A stretch of DNA of 64,000 nt, taken from assembly GCA_964608765.1 (NCBI GenBank), contig CAZSPD010000001.1, positions 6,373 through 70,372 of the forward strand. The letters run 5' to 3'. Below, piece by piece: positions 44,114 through 54,401 of the stretch (positions are counted from its first letter, which is position 1; every line of letters begins with the position of its first letter). Both the position numbers and the translations under genes were made by a program. Below the pieces are notes generated by a model, which saw only the letters and a program-made list of their open reading frames with translations, did not search any database and was not told the origin of the DNA. The DNA comes from Candidatus Woesearchaeota archaeon. GTDB lineage: Archaea; Nanobdellota; Nanobdellia; Pacearchaeales; GW2011-AR1.

Positions 44114-46441
44114 CTAAGATGTATCTAATCTTGATTTATCTTTTTCTTGTAACCCGTATTTTTCTAGCTGCTCTAAATCACTATTTATCATCATCTTAAC
44201 AAGTTCTTTGAATTTTGTTTTAGGTTTCCATCCTAGAACTTTTCTTGCTTTTGAAGGGTCAGCTAATAAATAATCAACTTCAGCAGGTCTATAAAATTGA
44301 GGACTAACCTTCACTACCATTTTTCCATTACATTTTCCAATCTCATTTATTCCTTTACCTTCCCATTTCACAGACATTCCAACACACTTGAATGACTCTT
44401 CTATAAATTCTCTAACTGAGTGAGTTTCACCTGTACCTATAACATAATTATCTGACTTGTCTTTTTGCATCATCATCCACATTGCTTCAACATAATCTCC
44501 TGCATATCCCCAATCTCTTTTTGCATCCATGTTTCCAATTTCAAAATACTCTTGGTATCCTAATTTTATTTTTGCAACAGAGTGAGTTATTTTACGAGTT
44601 ACAAATTGCTTCCCGCGTTTTGGAGAATTAGAAATAACTATTGTCCCCACACCAGCCATTAATTTTCCAGAAGCAGTTTCAATATCAAATACCCATTCTG
44701 GTTGATTTTCATGATAGAATATATTTTTAACTTCATTGTTTAGTTTAGCTAAATGATGGCAAATTTGAATTTGATTATTATTTTGTACTTTTCTTATAAA
44801 TGACCTTGAAATTCCTGTTTGTTTACAAATTTCTCTTTGGGAAATTTCATCATTTAATAATTCTTTAATTCTCTTTTCTTTCATCAAATTATTTGTAGGA
44901 GATAATAAATTTATTGAGTAATAACCATATCTCCCCTCTCTTTTTTCAAAGCTAATATTATAGTTTTGATTTGTAGTTTCTTTAATAAGAAAAATTAATC
45001 CTTGGGCAAGCAAAATAGAATTTGTTTTAAAATTTTTAAATTCGTAAATGCAGGGATTAGATTTCAATCCATCTGTCAGGTTATATCCAACTAAAAAAGA
45101 AAGTTTTATTTCTTTATCTGCATTTAAAATTCTGTTAGGAATTTTTTTAAAACCATCTTGTGTATAAATCTCTTTCCTTATAACCTTAAGATAACTAGAA
45201 TTTTTGTTTAACTTTATCTGCGTAGCAGTTCCATATTCTGTTTTATAATTTCTTTCTGTTATTGAACCTAAAGCTATTTTTTCCCATAATTTGGTTATTA
45301 ATTCCCTTATTTCTTTATTATTGTTGGTGAATTGCCCTTTTCCCTCCTCACTTACATATCCATCTCCAACCATCATTCCTAAAAACATAGCTTCTTCTTT
45401 TGATAACACTGATATTGTCTCTATTTTTGGAAATTCCCTTTGAAGGAGTTTTGTACCTATTTTTACTTCTTTAGATTTTAATTTATCTTTATTTTCATCA
45501 AACATATTATGATGATTTGTAGCTTCAATTATTCCATTTTTAGTGTTTATAGTTTTACAATGAAAATCCTCTTCTTGCTTTTTTCTTCTTGTAGCAGTCA
45601 TACAGTTTAAATCTACAAAATTTTCACCGTCCCATATTTCAGTGTTGCTTAATATCCATTGTTGGATATTTGATCCCTTTTCCTTAGGTTTTCTTATATC
45701 CTTTACTCTTACTATTGAGATTATATTAGATTTTTTCTCCCTAATTATTAGTGGAGTATTTTCAGATATACATTCATGGTTAAATAAAATTCCGTTACAA
45801 GCAAAAATATTATAACTTTCTCTATAATTTTGAGTTATATAGTATCCAAATGCTTTTGAAGCAGCATACGGGCTTCTAGGATGAAATGGAGTTGTTTCTT
45901 TCTGAGGTGTCTCTTGAACCTTTCCAAACATCTCTGATGTGGAAGCTTGATAAAATTTTATTTTTGGATTTAATATTCTTATAGCCTCTAGTATGTTTAT
46001 TACACCCAAGGCATTAATTTGTACAGTAGATATTGGTTGAGTCCAAGAATCAGGAACAAATGATTGTGCAGCTAAATTATAAATTTCATCAGGGTTTATC
46101 ACCCTTATTATCCTTATTATTGAGCCAAAATCTGTTACATCACCTGCAACTAATTTTATTTCCTTTCTTAAATGCCCAATTCTATCAAAAACATCCATGC
46201 TTGTTCTTCTATGTAATCCGTAAACTTCATACCCTTTTTTTATTAATAGTTCTGCAAGGTATGCTCCATCTTGTCCTGTGATGCCTGTAACAAGGGCTTT
46301 CTTCCCATTAGATTGTTCTTTATTATCTTTCATATTACTTTCCTGAGAAAGTTTAGGCTTTAATAAAGATATCTCGTCTTTTAATAATTCTATATCTTGC
46401 CTAACTCTAGAAAATGATTTCCTAATGTCCTTTTCATCCAT
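44114..46441 (-). CDS. gmd: GDP-mannose 4,6-dehydratase precursor containing an intein
   Basis: ALVTGITGQDGAYLAELL, YNLAAQSFV, FYQASTSEMFG, PRSPYAASK, GILFNHE/SPKRG..FVTRKI, RDWGYAGDYV, RPAEVD. Start uncertain (46441 chosen). Confidence 0.95.
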   Translation of the reverse strand: MDEKDIRKSFSRVRQDIELLKDEISLLKPKLSQESNMKDNKEQSNGKKALVTGITGQDGAYLAELLIKKGYEVYGLHRRTSMDVFDRIGHLRKEIKLVAGDVTDFGSIIRIIRVINPDEIYNLAAQSFVPDSWTQPISTVQINALGVINILEAIRILNPKIKFYQASTSEMFGKVQETPQKETTPFHPRSPYAASKAFGYYITQNYRESYNIFACNGILFNHECISENTPLIIREKKSNIISIVRVKDIRKPKEKGSNIQQWILSNTEIWDGENFVDLNCMTATRRKKQEEDFHCKTINTKNGIIEATNHHNMFDENKDKLKSKEVKIGTKLLQREFPKIETISVLSKEEAMFLGMMVGDGYVSEEGKGQFTNNNKEIRELITKLWEKIALGSITERNYKTEYGTATQIKLNKNSSYLKVIRKEIYTQDGFKKIPNRILNADKEIKLSFLVGYNLTDGLKSNPCIYEFKNFKTNSILLAQGLIFLIKETTNQNYNISFEKREGRYGYYSINLLSPTNNLMKEKRIKELLNDEISQREICKQTGISRSFIRKVQNNNQIQICHHLAKLNNEVKNIFYHENQPEWVFDIETASGKLMAGVGTIVISNSPKRGKQFVTRKITHSVAKIKLGYQEYFEIGNMDAKRDWGYAGDYVEAMWMMMQKDKSDNYVIGTGETHSVREFIEESFKCVGMSVKWEGKGINEIGKCNGKMVVKVSPQFYRPAEVDYLLADPSKARKVLGWKPKTKFKELVKMMINSDLEQLEKYGLQEKDKSRLDTS
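44627..45772 (-). mobile_element. Intein (382 aa) with LAGLIDADG homing endonuclease and HTH
   Basis: Splits the conserved NHE|SP. Begins CISENT, block B EATNHH, LAGLIDADG motifs FLGMMVGDG and FLVGYNLTDG, block F WVFDIET, ends VISN followed by Ser+1. Confidence 0.93.
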
Positions 46442-46544
46442 GAATTCCTTAAAAAAGCGACATTTAAAAGTATATATGACTGTAAATATATACATAATTT
46501 TGATTAATCCAGATATTTAAAAATAGGTGTCATCTAATATACTT

Positions 46545-48059
46545 ATGAGTCAAAGTTTAAAGAAACAAAACCTTTCAAAATTGGTTTTAAAAAATTCAGG
46601 ATATTTATTTTCTACAAATATTATTTTAAAATTTGGAGGGTTAATATTTACATTATTAATTGCAAGGCTTTTACTTCCTGAATTATTTGGTATTTATGCT
46701 TTAGCACTATCAATAACTGTTTTAGCTTTAACATTTACTGATTTGGGAATAAATAATACTTTTCTAAGATATTTTTCAGAGTCGTATGGAAAAGGTGATA
46801 ATGCCAAGTCCAAAGCATATATTAATCATATTTTAAAAATCAAATTTTCTTTAATTTTTGTAGTTGTACTACTTTTAGCAGTTTCCTCAAAATTTATTGC
46901 TTACACAATATACAATAAGCCCTTTTTATTATATCCTCTTCTTTTTTCATGTCTTTTTGTATTAGTTGAATCTATATGGTCTTTATGGTCAACAGCATTC
47001 ATAGCCACTAATAATCTTAAACCACTTCCTCCACTTAATTTATTACTCCAATTTTCAAAAATTTCATTTTCAGTTTTAGCTATATTATTATTTTCATACA
47101 ATTTTAAAGTCCCAGGAATATTCATAAGTTTTTTTGCATCTGGGTTAATAGTTCTTATTTTAGCATCTATAATATTATATAAAAGAAATAAGGAAATTAT
47201 AAAATCTAGACCTAAGAAAATTAATCTATCTAGAATAAATAATTATTGGAAGTTTATGATTTTATCCAGTATATCTCTTGCATTTTTTACTTCAATAGAT
47301 ACATTAATTTTAGGAGGGGTTGTATCTTCAGAGTATATCGGATACTATCGGGCTTCTTCAAGTTTAATCTTTACTATTGCATCTTTACTTTCTTTATCTG
47401 GTGTTTTTTTACCTATATTCACTCAAATTAAAGGGGAGAGATTTGAAAGAGGAGTTAATAAAACTCTAAGGTATCTATTGTCAATTTCAATACCTGCAAC
47501 ACTGGGAATAATTGTTCTTGGGAGGTATTTAGTGTTTTTTATATACGGGAAAGAATATATGGGTGCAGTTCTTTCATTATATTCTTTATCTTTAATAATT
47601 TTCTCAAATCCCCTAATTGATTTATATTCCACACTATTACAATCTAAAGAAAAACCTAAAATAGTAGGGAAGTCAATATTATACACTTTATTTTTGAATA
47701 TTGTTTTGAATATTTTAGCAATTTTCTTATTTAAAGATTCTCCACAAATGATTGTTGTGGGTGTTGGGGCTTCTACTGCTATAAGTAGGTTTATTCTTCT
47801 AGGAATCTTAGTATTTTATTCAAAAAAATATTTTAATTTAAAACATCAGAATAATAAATTTTATACAATAATTTTGTCTTCATTAATAATGTTTGTGCCA
47901 GTATTTTTGTTTTACAAATTAGCAGACATAAATTTAATATCTGGAATTATAGGAATATTTATTGGGATAGCAATTTATTTACTAGCAATGATTTTATTAA
48001 AAGGTTTTTCTAGAGAAGATATAAACTTATTAAAGTCAATTGTAAAAAGAAAAAGATGA
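46545..48059 (+). CDS. Wzx/MOP-family oligosaccharide flippase
   Basis: IARLLLPELFGIY, TDLGIN, IDTLILG..IGYY, YGKEY; about 14 TM segments. ATG 46545 preferred over GTG 46527. Confidence 0.9.
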   Translation: MSQSLKKQNLSKLVLKNSGYLFSTNIILKFGGLIFTLLIARLLLPELFGIYALALSITVLALTFTDLGINNTFLRYFSESYGKGDNAKSKAYINHILKIKFSLIFVVVLLLAVSSKFIAYTIYNKPFLLYPLLFSCLFVLVESIWSLWSTAFIATNNLKPLPPLNLLLQFSKISFSVLAILLFSYNFKVPGIFISFFASGLIVLILASIILYKRNKEIIKSRPKKINLSRINNYWKFMILSSISLAFFTSIDTLILGGVVSSEYIGYYRASSSLIFTIASLLSLSGVFLPIFTQIKGERFERGVNKTLRYLLSISIPATLGIIVLGRYLVFFIYGKEYMGAVLSLYSLSLIIFSNPLIDLYSTLLQSKEKPKIVGKSILYTLFLNIVLNILAIFLFKDSPQMIVVGVGASTAISRFILLGILVFYSKKYFNLKHQNNKFYTIILSSLIMFVPVFLFYKLADINLISGIIGIFIGIAIYLLAMILLKGFSREDINLLKSIVKRKR

Positions 48060-49084
48060 GCAAATTAAATAAAAAGAAAATAATCAAGATTAATTTCAAG
48101 TATTTTTTTGAAGGGTTTAATCCAGAAGATAATTTTTTTACTAATACTCTTAGAGAAATGTATGAAGTTAAAATAAGTGATAATCCTGATTACATATTTT
48201 ATTCAGTTTATCCAGATATATCTTATAAAAGAAGTTTAACAAAGAAAGGAGATTTTGTGAAGAGAATTTCTCCAAGAGTATATATCTTTTTAAGAAAATT
48301 GTACTCTCAGATAATTTTATCTTTTAAAAGAAAACAAGAATTACCTGAAGTTCCAAAAGGGAATTTTGTAAAAATATTTTATGGGGCAGAACATACTAAG
48401 CCAAATATGAGAGAGTGTGATTGGGCATTTTCTACTTATTTTGAAGAAGAAATAAATAACTCTAGATACATGAGAATACCTCTTGTTTTATCAAATGATT
48501 ATCAATTAAAGAATTTAGGAGTACCTTCTCTTAAAAAACCAATTAATTTTAAAGGGATTAAAAAGAAAAAGACTAAATTTTGTAATTTTATTTATTCTCA
48601 AGAAATCTTAGAAAGAAATAATTTTTTTAAGACTCTTAATAAGTATAAAAGAGTAGATTCTCCTGGAAGGTGTATGACAAATATGCCCCCCATAAAGGGA
48701 AAAAATGCAAAAGAATCAAGAATATCCTATAATTGGGTGCTGGATAAATTAGATTTTTTAGAAGAGTATAAGTTCACTATAGCCTTTGAGAACTTCTCTA
48801 AGCCAGGGTGGGTAACAGAAAAACTAACTCATCCTATGTTAGTTAATAGTATCCCTATTTACATAGGATCTAAAGATATTTCTAAAGAGTTTAACACTAA
48901 GAGCTTCATAAATTATTCTGATTTTAAAAATATGAAGGAATTTATTGATTACATAATTAAAGTAGATAATGATGATAAGCTTTATGAAAAAATATTAAGT
49001 GAACCTTGGTATAAAGATAATAAACTCCCTAGAGATTGGGATATAGATAGGATAAAAAAACAGTTTAAAGAGATTTTTGGTTAA
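48056..49084 (+). CDS. GT10 alpha-1,3/4-fucosyltransferase-like glycosyltransferase
   Basis: KFCNFIYS, YKRVDSPG, YKFTIAFEN....WVTEKL, IPIYIG, FN..SFIN. Confidence 0.92.
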   Translation: MSKLNKKKIIKINFKYFFEGFNPEDNFFTNTLREMYEVKISDNPDYIFYSVYPDISYKRSLTKKGDFVKRISPRVYIFLRKLYSQIILSFKRKQELPEVPKGNFVKIFYGAEHTKPNMRECDWAFSTYFEEEINNSRYMRIPLVLSNDYQLKNLGVPSLKKPINFKGIKKKKTKFCNFIYSQEILERNNFFKTLNKYKRVDSPGRCMTNMPPIKGKNAKESRISYNWVLDKLDFLEEYKFTIAFENFSKPGWVTEKLTHPMLVNSIPIYIGSKDISKEFNTKSFINYSDFKNMKEFIDYIIKVDNDDKLYEKILSEPWYKDNKLPRDWDIDRIKKQFKEIFG

Positions 49085-49119
49085 AATTTATTAGTTATTT
49101 GAATATTTAAAGATAAATA

Positions 49120-50091
49120 TTATTTGTAAGGAATTTTATTTTTGCTAACTTGTTTTTCAATCCAATGATAAGTTTCACGCATTCCTTCTTCTAAAGAATA
49201 TTTTGGTTTCCACCCCAATGAAGATATTTTTTTATTTGAGAAATACCTTGCTTCAACTCCGACAGGACCTTTAATATGTTTAATCCTAATGTTTTTATTT
49301 GCAACTTTTGCAATAATTTTAGCTAATTCATTAATTGAGATGTCTTTTGAGGGCCCGATATTAACTGCACTTTTTATATTTGAATGCATTAACAAGTTTA
49401 TAGCGTCTAATAAATCACTAACATAAACAAACACTCTCCTGGCTTTACCATCTCCCCAAACATCTATTTCTCCAGAACTTCCTTTTATTTCAGCTATTTT
49501 TCTTGATAAAGCTGCAGGAACTTTTTCTCTTCCTCCCCTCCAAGTTCCTTCAGGCCCATAGCAGTTTTGGAATCTGGCTATTTTTATTTCTGTTCCGTAT
49601 TTTTTTCCAAATGCTTGATATATTCTTTCTGAGTAAAGTTTTTCCCACCCATATTCATTATCCGGATTAGCAGGTATAGCTTCTTCTTCACTTATTTCTT
49701 TTTCTCCTTTTTCCATATTTCTGTATACACACACAGAAGAAGAAAAGAAAAGCTTTGGAACTTTAAACTCTTTTATAGCTATATGAGCCATATTAATATT
49801 TATTAGTGCATTATTATGCATTATATCGCATTCTTCTGAATGAATAAATCCCATACCTCCCATATCTGCTGCTAATTGATACACTTCATCAAACCCCCCT
49901 CCTATTGAAAGTGCTTTTCTACAATTTCCTCTTCCCCTTAAATCTAATATTAAAAATTCATCTGCTTTTGTTTTAGAAAATTCAGGGTATTTTATATCTA
50001 CACCCCTTACCCAATAACCTTCTTTTTTTAAATAAGTAACAAGATGACTTCCAATAAATCCTCCTGCTCCACAAACCAACGCCTTTTTCAT
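49120..50091 (-). CDS. GDP-mannose 3,5-epimerase (GME)-like SDR
   Basis: GAGGFIGSHL, YQLAADMGGMGFI, SSVCVY, YGWEKL, YGPEGTW.GGREK.PAA. Confidence 0.88.
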   Translation of the reverse strand: MKKALVCGAGGFIGSHLVTYLKKEGYWVRGVDIKYPEFSKTKADEFLILDLRGRGNCRKALSIGGGFDEVYQLAADMGGMGFIHSEECDIMHNNALININMAHIAIKEFKVPKLFFSSSVCVYRNMEKGEKEISEEEAIPANPDNEYGWEKLYSERIYQAFGKKYGTEIKIARFQNCYGPEGTWRGGREKVPAALSRKIAEIKGSSGEIDVWGDGKARRVFVYVSDLLDAINLLMHSNIKSAVNIGPSKDISINELAKIIAKVANKNIRIKHIKGPVGVEARYFSNKKISSLGWKPKYSLEEGMRETYHWIEKQVSKNKIPYK

Positions 50092-50179
50092 CAATTTTTT
50101 TAAGCTTTTAGATTTTTAAGCTTTTATACTCTTATAGAGCATAATTAATTTTATATACCTTTTTTAAATAGAGTATCTT

Positions 50180-51115
50180 ATGGAAAACCCCACAATATCT
50201 GTAATAATGCCCGCATACAATACGGAAAAATATTTAGAAGAAAGCATCAAATCAATATTAAATCAAACCTTTACAAATTTCGAGTTTATAATAATAAATG
50301 ATGGTTCGAAAGATAACACTAAAAAGATTATAGAGATCTACAAGAAAAAAGATAAGAGGATAATTCTTTTAAACAATCCAAAGAATCTAGGATTGCAAGT
50401 TTCCTTAAATAGGGGTTTAAAATTAGCAAAAGGAAAGTATATCGCAAGAATGGACTCAGATGATATCTCTCTTTCGAATCGTTTTCAAATACAGATAAAC
50501 TTTCTTAATAGGAATAAAGATATATTTCTAGTAGGAGGATCGGCTATTGTAATTAATGAAAAAGGAGAAAAAGCAGGATGTTTTATTAAGAACGATAGTT
50601 CAAAAAGGATAAAAAAGAAACTTTTAAAATCAAATCCTTTTATTCACCCCTCAATTATGTTTAGAAATGAAAGGGTATATTACAGAGAAAAATTTGTGTG
50701 TTCAGAAGATTACGATCTTTATTTAAGATTATTGACTGATAATAAAAATATGAAAAATTTACCCAACGTCTTAATAAAATACAGGATAAGGAAAGATTCT
50801 TTTGTTTCAACAATGCCTTATCAAGAATTCTATTTCAGAAAGGCAAAAGAATTTTATCTTCAGAGAAAAAAAGATAATAAAGATGCTTATGAAAACCTTA
50901 AACCCCCCTCTAGTTCTCCAAATAATATTGATTTTGATAAACTTAATCAAAGAACAAAAATAATTGTTAAATTCCAAGATAACCAGATGAAAGAAGTAAG
51001 AAAAGAAATAAGAAAATATTTTAATAAATACGGATTTAACAAAAGATATGCAATGTACTATCTATTAAGTTTTTTACCCTTTAAAATAATAAAACTATTG
51101 AGAAAAATATTCTAA
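50180..51115 (+). CDS. Glycosyltransferase family 2
   Basis: SVIMPAYN, IINDGSKD, ARMDSDD, HPSIMFR, EDYDL. Confidence 0.93.
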   Translation: MENPTISVIMPAYNTEKYLEESIKSILNQTFTNFEFIIINDGSKDNTKKIIEIYKKKDKRIILLNNPKNLGLQVSLNRGLKLAKGKYIARMDSDDISLSNRFQIQINFLNRNKDIFLVGGSAIVINEKGEKAGCFIKNDSSKRIKKKLLKSNPFIHPSIMFRNERVYYREKFVCSEDYDLYLRLLTDNKNMKNLPNVLIKYRIRKDSFVSTMPYQEFYFRKAKEFYLQRKKDNKDAYENLKPPSSSPNNIDFDKLNQRTKIIVKFQDNQMKEVRKEIRKYFNKYGFNKRYAMYYLLSFLPFKIIKLLRKIF

Positions 51116-51143
51116 TTTAGGAGAGATTGCCCTGTTTTATATT

Positions 51144-51319
51144 TTATTCCTTGACACACCAAACTTCAATTTAGTCTTCTATTTTTTTTTAAGAATCACT
51201 AATATCTCCTTCCTGCAAGCCATATCTCAATTAAGTAATGTCTCCAGATATTTTTTACCCCACTTATCTAGTGATAGTTCTTTTATGGTTTTTATAGATT
51301 CGTTTATTATTTTGTTCAT
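51144..51319 (-). pseudogene. Relic 3' ends of a GT4 gene (51227-51319) and a methyltransferase gene (~51144-51182)
   Basis: NKIINESIKTIKELSLDKWGKKYLETLLN* matches the C-terminus of 52318-53469; IED*IEVWCVKE* matches IGDQIEVWCSN* of 51378-52316. Confidence 0.8.
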
Positions 51320-51377
51320 TTTTCTATTGTAAGCTTTAAACTCTTTCTTTTTTAAGCATTATTCTTATAGAAACCAT

Positions 51378-52316
51378 TTAATTTGAACACCAAACTTCAA
51401 TTTGATCCCCGATTTTAAGCACATTAACTGCCCACGTTAGGGGAGTGAATATAATTTCTAAAAATTTATTGAACACTTCTTTTCTTTTTTTAATTCCTAA
51501 TAAGAAATATAAAGAAATAACAAATTGATTTGGTCGTGAATTGTATCTTATCTTAGATATTTTAAATCCGTAATTTTCTAAGAGAAATTTTAAATTTTTA
51601 TCTGAATAATTAATTAAATGCCTTGGAACATCTAGTTGGTGCCAGTTTTTCCTAAATATTTTGTAAGCCAGTGAATTGCTATTTGGAACACCTATTATTA
51701 ACACTCCTTTTTTTTTCAATATTCTCTTAATTTCCATTATTACTTCGTGAGGATTATTTGTATGTTCAAGAACATGATTCATTGTTATTATATCAAAAGA
51801 ATTTTGGGGGTATCTAGATTTTATCAAATCTAATTTTTTTATATTAAGGCTATATCTTTTATTTTCTTCTGCACTAAAATCTCCTGGTTCAATTCCTCCT
51901 ACATCTAAACCCAAAGCTTTCATCTCATACAAAAATTGCCCGCTTCCAGAGCCTATGTCTAATAATTTTAACCCTGGTTTAATGTTTGTTCCTCTTGACA
52001 TAAACTTTAGAGGAAATAGCCCTGCTTTTAATAAAAAGTTTTTATTTTTTTTATCAAAATAAGTTTTATACAACAGCATCTTTATCTTTAATTTTTTAGA
52101 GTTAGTATCTATTTTTTTTAGAGAATAATATTTTTTTGAGGGGTAGTATTTTTTAAGTTCAGAATTTGATGGAGATGGATTTAAAAATATAGATTTACAT
52201 CTCTTACATTTATATAGAGAAAATATCTGGGGAATATTAAGATTTTTATCATATTGTTTAAAAATTAGCCTTATATTTTTGCTTCCACATATCTCACATT
52301 TATTTATAAAATTCAT
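51378..52316 (-). CDS. Class I SAM-dependent methyltransferase with N-terminal Zn ribbon
   Basis: CEIC..CKRC, LLDIGSGSG, FDIITMNHVLEH, VPN, LDVPRHL. Confidence 0.9.
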   Translation of the reverse strand: MNFINKCEICGSKNIRLIFKQYDKNLNIPQIFSLYKCKRCKSIFLNPSPSNSELKKYYPSKKYYSLKKIDTNSKKLKIKMLLYKTYFDKKNKNFLLKAGLFPLKFMSRGTNIKPGLKLLDIGSGSGQFLYEMKALGLDVGGIEPGDFSAEENKRYSLNIKKLDLIKSRYPQNSFDIITMNHVLEHTNNPHEVIMEIKRILKKKGVLIIGVPNSNSLAYKIFRKNWHQLDVPRHLINYSDKNLKFLLENYGFKISKIRYNSRPNQFVISLYFLLGIKKRKEVFNKFLEIIFTPLTWAVNVLKIGDQIEVWCSN

Positions 52317-52317
52317 T

Positions 52318-53469
52318 TTATTTTAGTAAGATATCTAGATATTTTTTACCCCACTTATCTAATGATAATTCTTTTACAGTATTTATAGATTCTTCTATAA
52401 TCTTATTTTTAATGTTTTTATTATTTAATATTGTAATTGCCTTAGTAGAATCATTTTTATCAAAAAACTCAATAATTATACCGTTTTTATTATCTTTAAT
52501 TATTTCTTGTTTTGAGTCTTTTGAACAAACCAACATGCAGCCAGAAGCCATTGCTTCAGATACAACAAGGGTGGGGGCCCCTCCTTCATACCTTGATAAG
52601 CAAAAGAAGATATCCGAAGCATTGTAGTAATAAGGTATTTTTTCTCTAGAGACATTTTCTCTATAGATTATAAATTTTTCATTTAGAAATTGTTTATTTT
52701 TTTTATAGTCTGCACCAACAACTATGAGCCTATAGTTTTTATTTAATTTGTATATTTCTTTAGATATTTTAACTACTCTATCCAATCCCTTTATCCAATA
52801 TCCTGCTTTTGAAAGATGCAACCCATAAATGTTGTTCTCATTCAATTGAAGCTCTTTTCTCATTTTCTTTTTATTTCGATATTTAAAATCCTTTAATTTT
52901 ACACCTGTTCTTATGACAATTAAATCTTTTCTTCCTTTGTAAGTTTTATTTATTTCTTCTTTTACTCTATTTGATACACTTATTATTTTATCTGCATGTT
53001 TTGTTGGAGGTTTTTCAATAAGATACCCGTATAATAACATGGGGGAAAGGAATATCTTTTTTATTAGATTAAATCTTTGTAAGTGCACTTTATAATATGG
53101 GTAAGTTGCCCCGTGATAGGTATGTATTACTCTTTGATTTTTTTGTTTTTTGTAGTTACTCATCCAATATCCCCAAACAGCATGAGAATTTATTATATCA
53201 AAATAATTATTTTTTAAATATCTTCTAACTTTTCTATTAAACAATATATCGTCTATAAAAATTGGAGTTTTGCACTTTAATCCAATATATTTTATGTTTT
53301 TTTCATTAACTATTTCATTTTTATCTGATTTGTATATCCAAGTAATTTGAACATCCAAATCTTCGTTTTTTACGTAGTCAATTAGATTTTGTTGATATAG
53401 ACTCACTCCCCCTACAAATTGAGGTCCAGAACCGGTTATAAAACATATTTTTGTTTTTTTATTTTTCAT
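52318..53469 (-). CDS. Glycosyltransferase family 4
   Basis: GGVSLY, HTYHG, KGLD, SRYEG....VSEAMASG. Confidence 0.9.
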   Translation of the reverse strand: MKNKKTKICFITGSGPQFVGGVSLYQQNLIDYVKNEDLDVQITWIYKSDKNEIVNEKNIKYIGLKCKTPIFIDDILFNRKVRRYLKNNYFDIINSHAVWGYWMSNYKKQKNQRVIHTYHGATYPYYKVHLQRFNLIKKIFLSPMLLYGYLIEKPPTKHADKIISVSNRVKEEINKTYKGRKDLIVIRTGVKLKDFKYRNKKKMRKELQLNENNIYGLHLSKAGYWIKGLDRVVKISKEIYKLNKNYRLIVVGADYKKNKQFLNEKFIIYRENVSREKIPYYYNASDIFFCLSRYEGGAPTLVVSEAMASGCMLVCSKDSKQEIIKDNKNGIIIEFFDKNDSTKAITILNNKNIKNKIIEESINTVKELSLDKWGKKYLDILLK

Positions 53470-53470
53470 T

Positions 53471-54382
53471 TTATTCTAAAATTTTGTTATATTTTTTTGA
53501 TGAAAACGAAATAATCCATAAACCTAAATTTCTTACGAAGTTTTTTCTTATAGTTATGTTTCTTATGCCTTTATCTGTATCCCTTTTCTTTTTAAGTATA
53601 GCTACACTAGGCAGTAAAATATAAATCCTAAAAAATTTATTCCATACTTTTAAATGTCTTCTTGAAAAAATTATATCATTCTTAAATCTTATTAATAATT
53701 TTCTCTTATCTTCTTGAGAATCAATGCTTTTACCTTTTTTGTGGATTATCTTCACAAAAGGAATTGAAACTATTTTCCATTTTTTTTCTTTTGCTCTTAA
53801 ACAATAATCTGTATCTTCCAATAAGTATGGAGAATACTTTTCATCTAATAATCCTATTTCTTTTATAACTTCTTTTTTTATTATAAAACACGCCCCCATA
53901 ACATGGTCCACTTCAAATATTTCTTTTTTATTATCATACAATTCTAAACTTATCTTCCATCCTTTAATATATCCTCCAATGTTTTGCAGGCTTCCATCAG
54001 GATATCTTATATTACATCCCAATATGCCTACATTTTTATTTTCCTCTCCAACTTCAATAATCTTATCTAACCAATATTTCTCAATAATCTCACAATCATC
54101 ATTCAAAAGAATAAAGTAATCTGGATTATACTCCTTTATTGCTTTTTTCATCCCAATATTATTTGACTTTGAGAAGCCTAGATTTTTATTATTTGAAATT
54201 ATATCTACCCATTTAAACTCTTTTTTTATTTTTTTAGCTATTTCGCCCTTTCCACTATCATCAACAAAATAAACTTTATAATTTTTATAATGCGTTTTTT
54301 TCTTTAAACTTAAAAGGCACTCTTTAGCTAGTTTTTCTTGATTATAAGTACTGATTATTATTGCAATTTTTTTTTCTTTCAT
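53471..54382 (-). CDS. Glycosyltransferase family 2 (rhamnosyltransferase-like)
   Basis: NLGFSKSNN.G, LLNDD, GACF.IK, GLLDE, EDTDYCLR. Confidence 0.9.
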   Translation of the reverse strand: MKEKKIAIIISTYNQEKLAKECLLSLKKKTHYKNYKVYFVDDSGKGEIAKKIKKEFKWVDIISNNKNLGFSKSNNIGMKKAIKEYNPDYFILLNDDCEIIEKYWLDKIIEVGEENKNVGILGCNIRYPDGSLQNIGGYIKGWKISLELYDNKKEIFEVDHVMGACFIIKKEVIKEIGLLDEKYSPYLLEDTDYCLRAKEKKWKIVSIPFVKIIHKKGKSIDSQEDKRKLLIRFKNDIIFSRRHLKVWNKFFRIYILLPSVAILKKKRDTDKGIRNITIRKNFVRNLGLWIISFSSKKYNKILE

Positions 54383-54401
54383 TTCATTTTAGAATTTTTT
54401 A

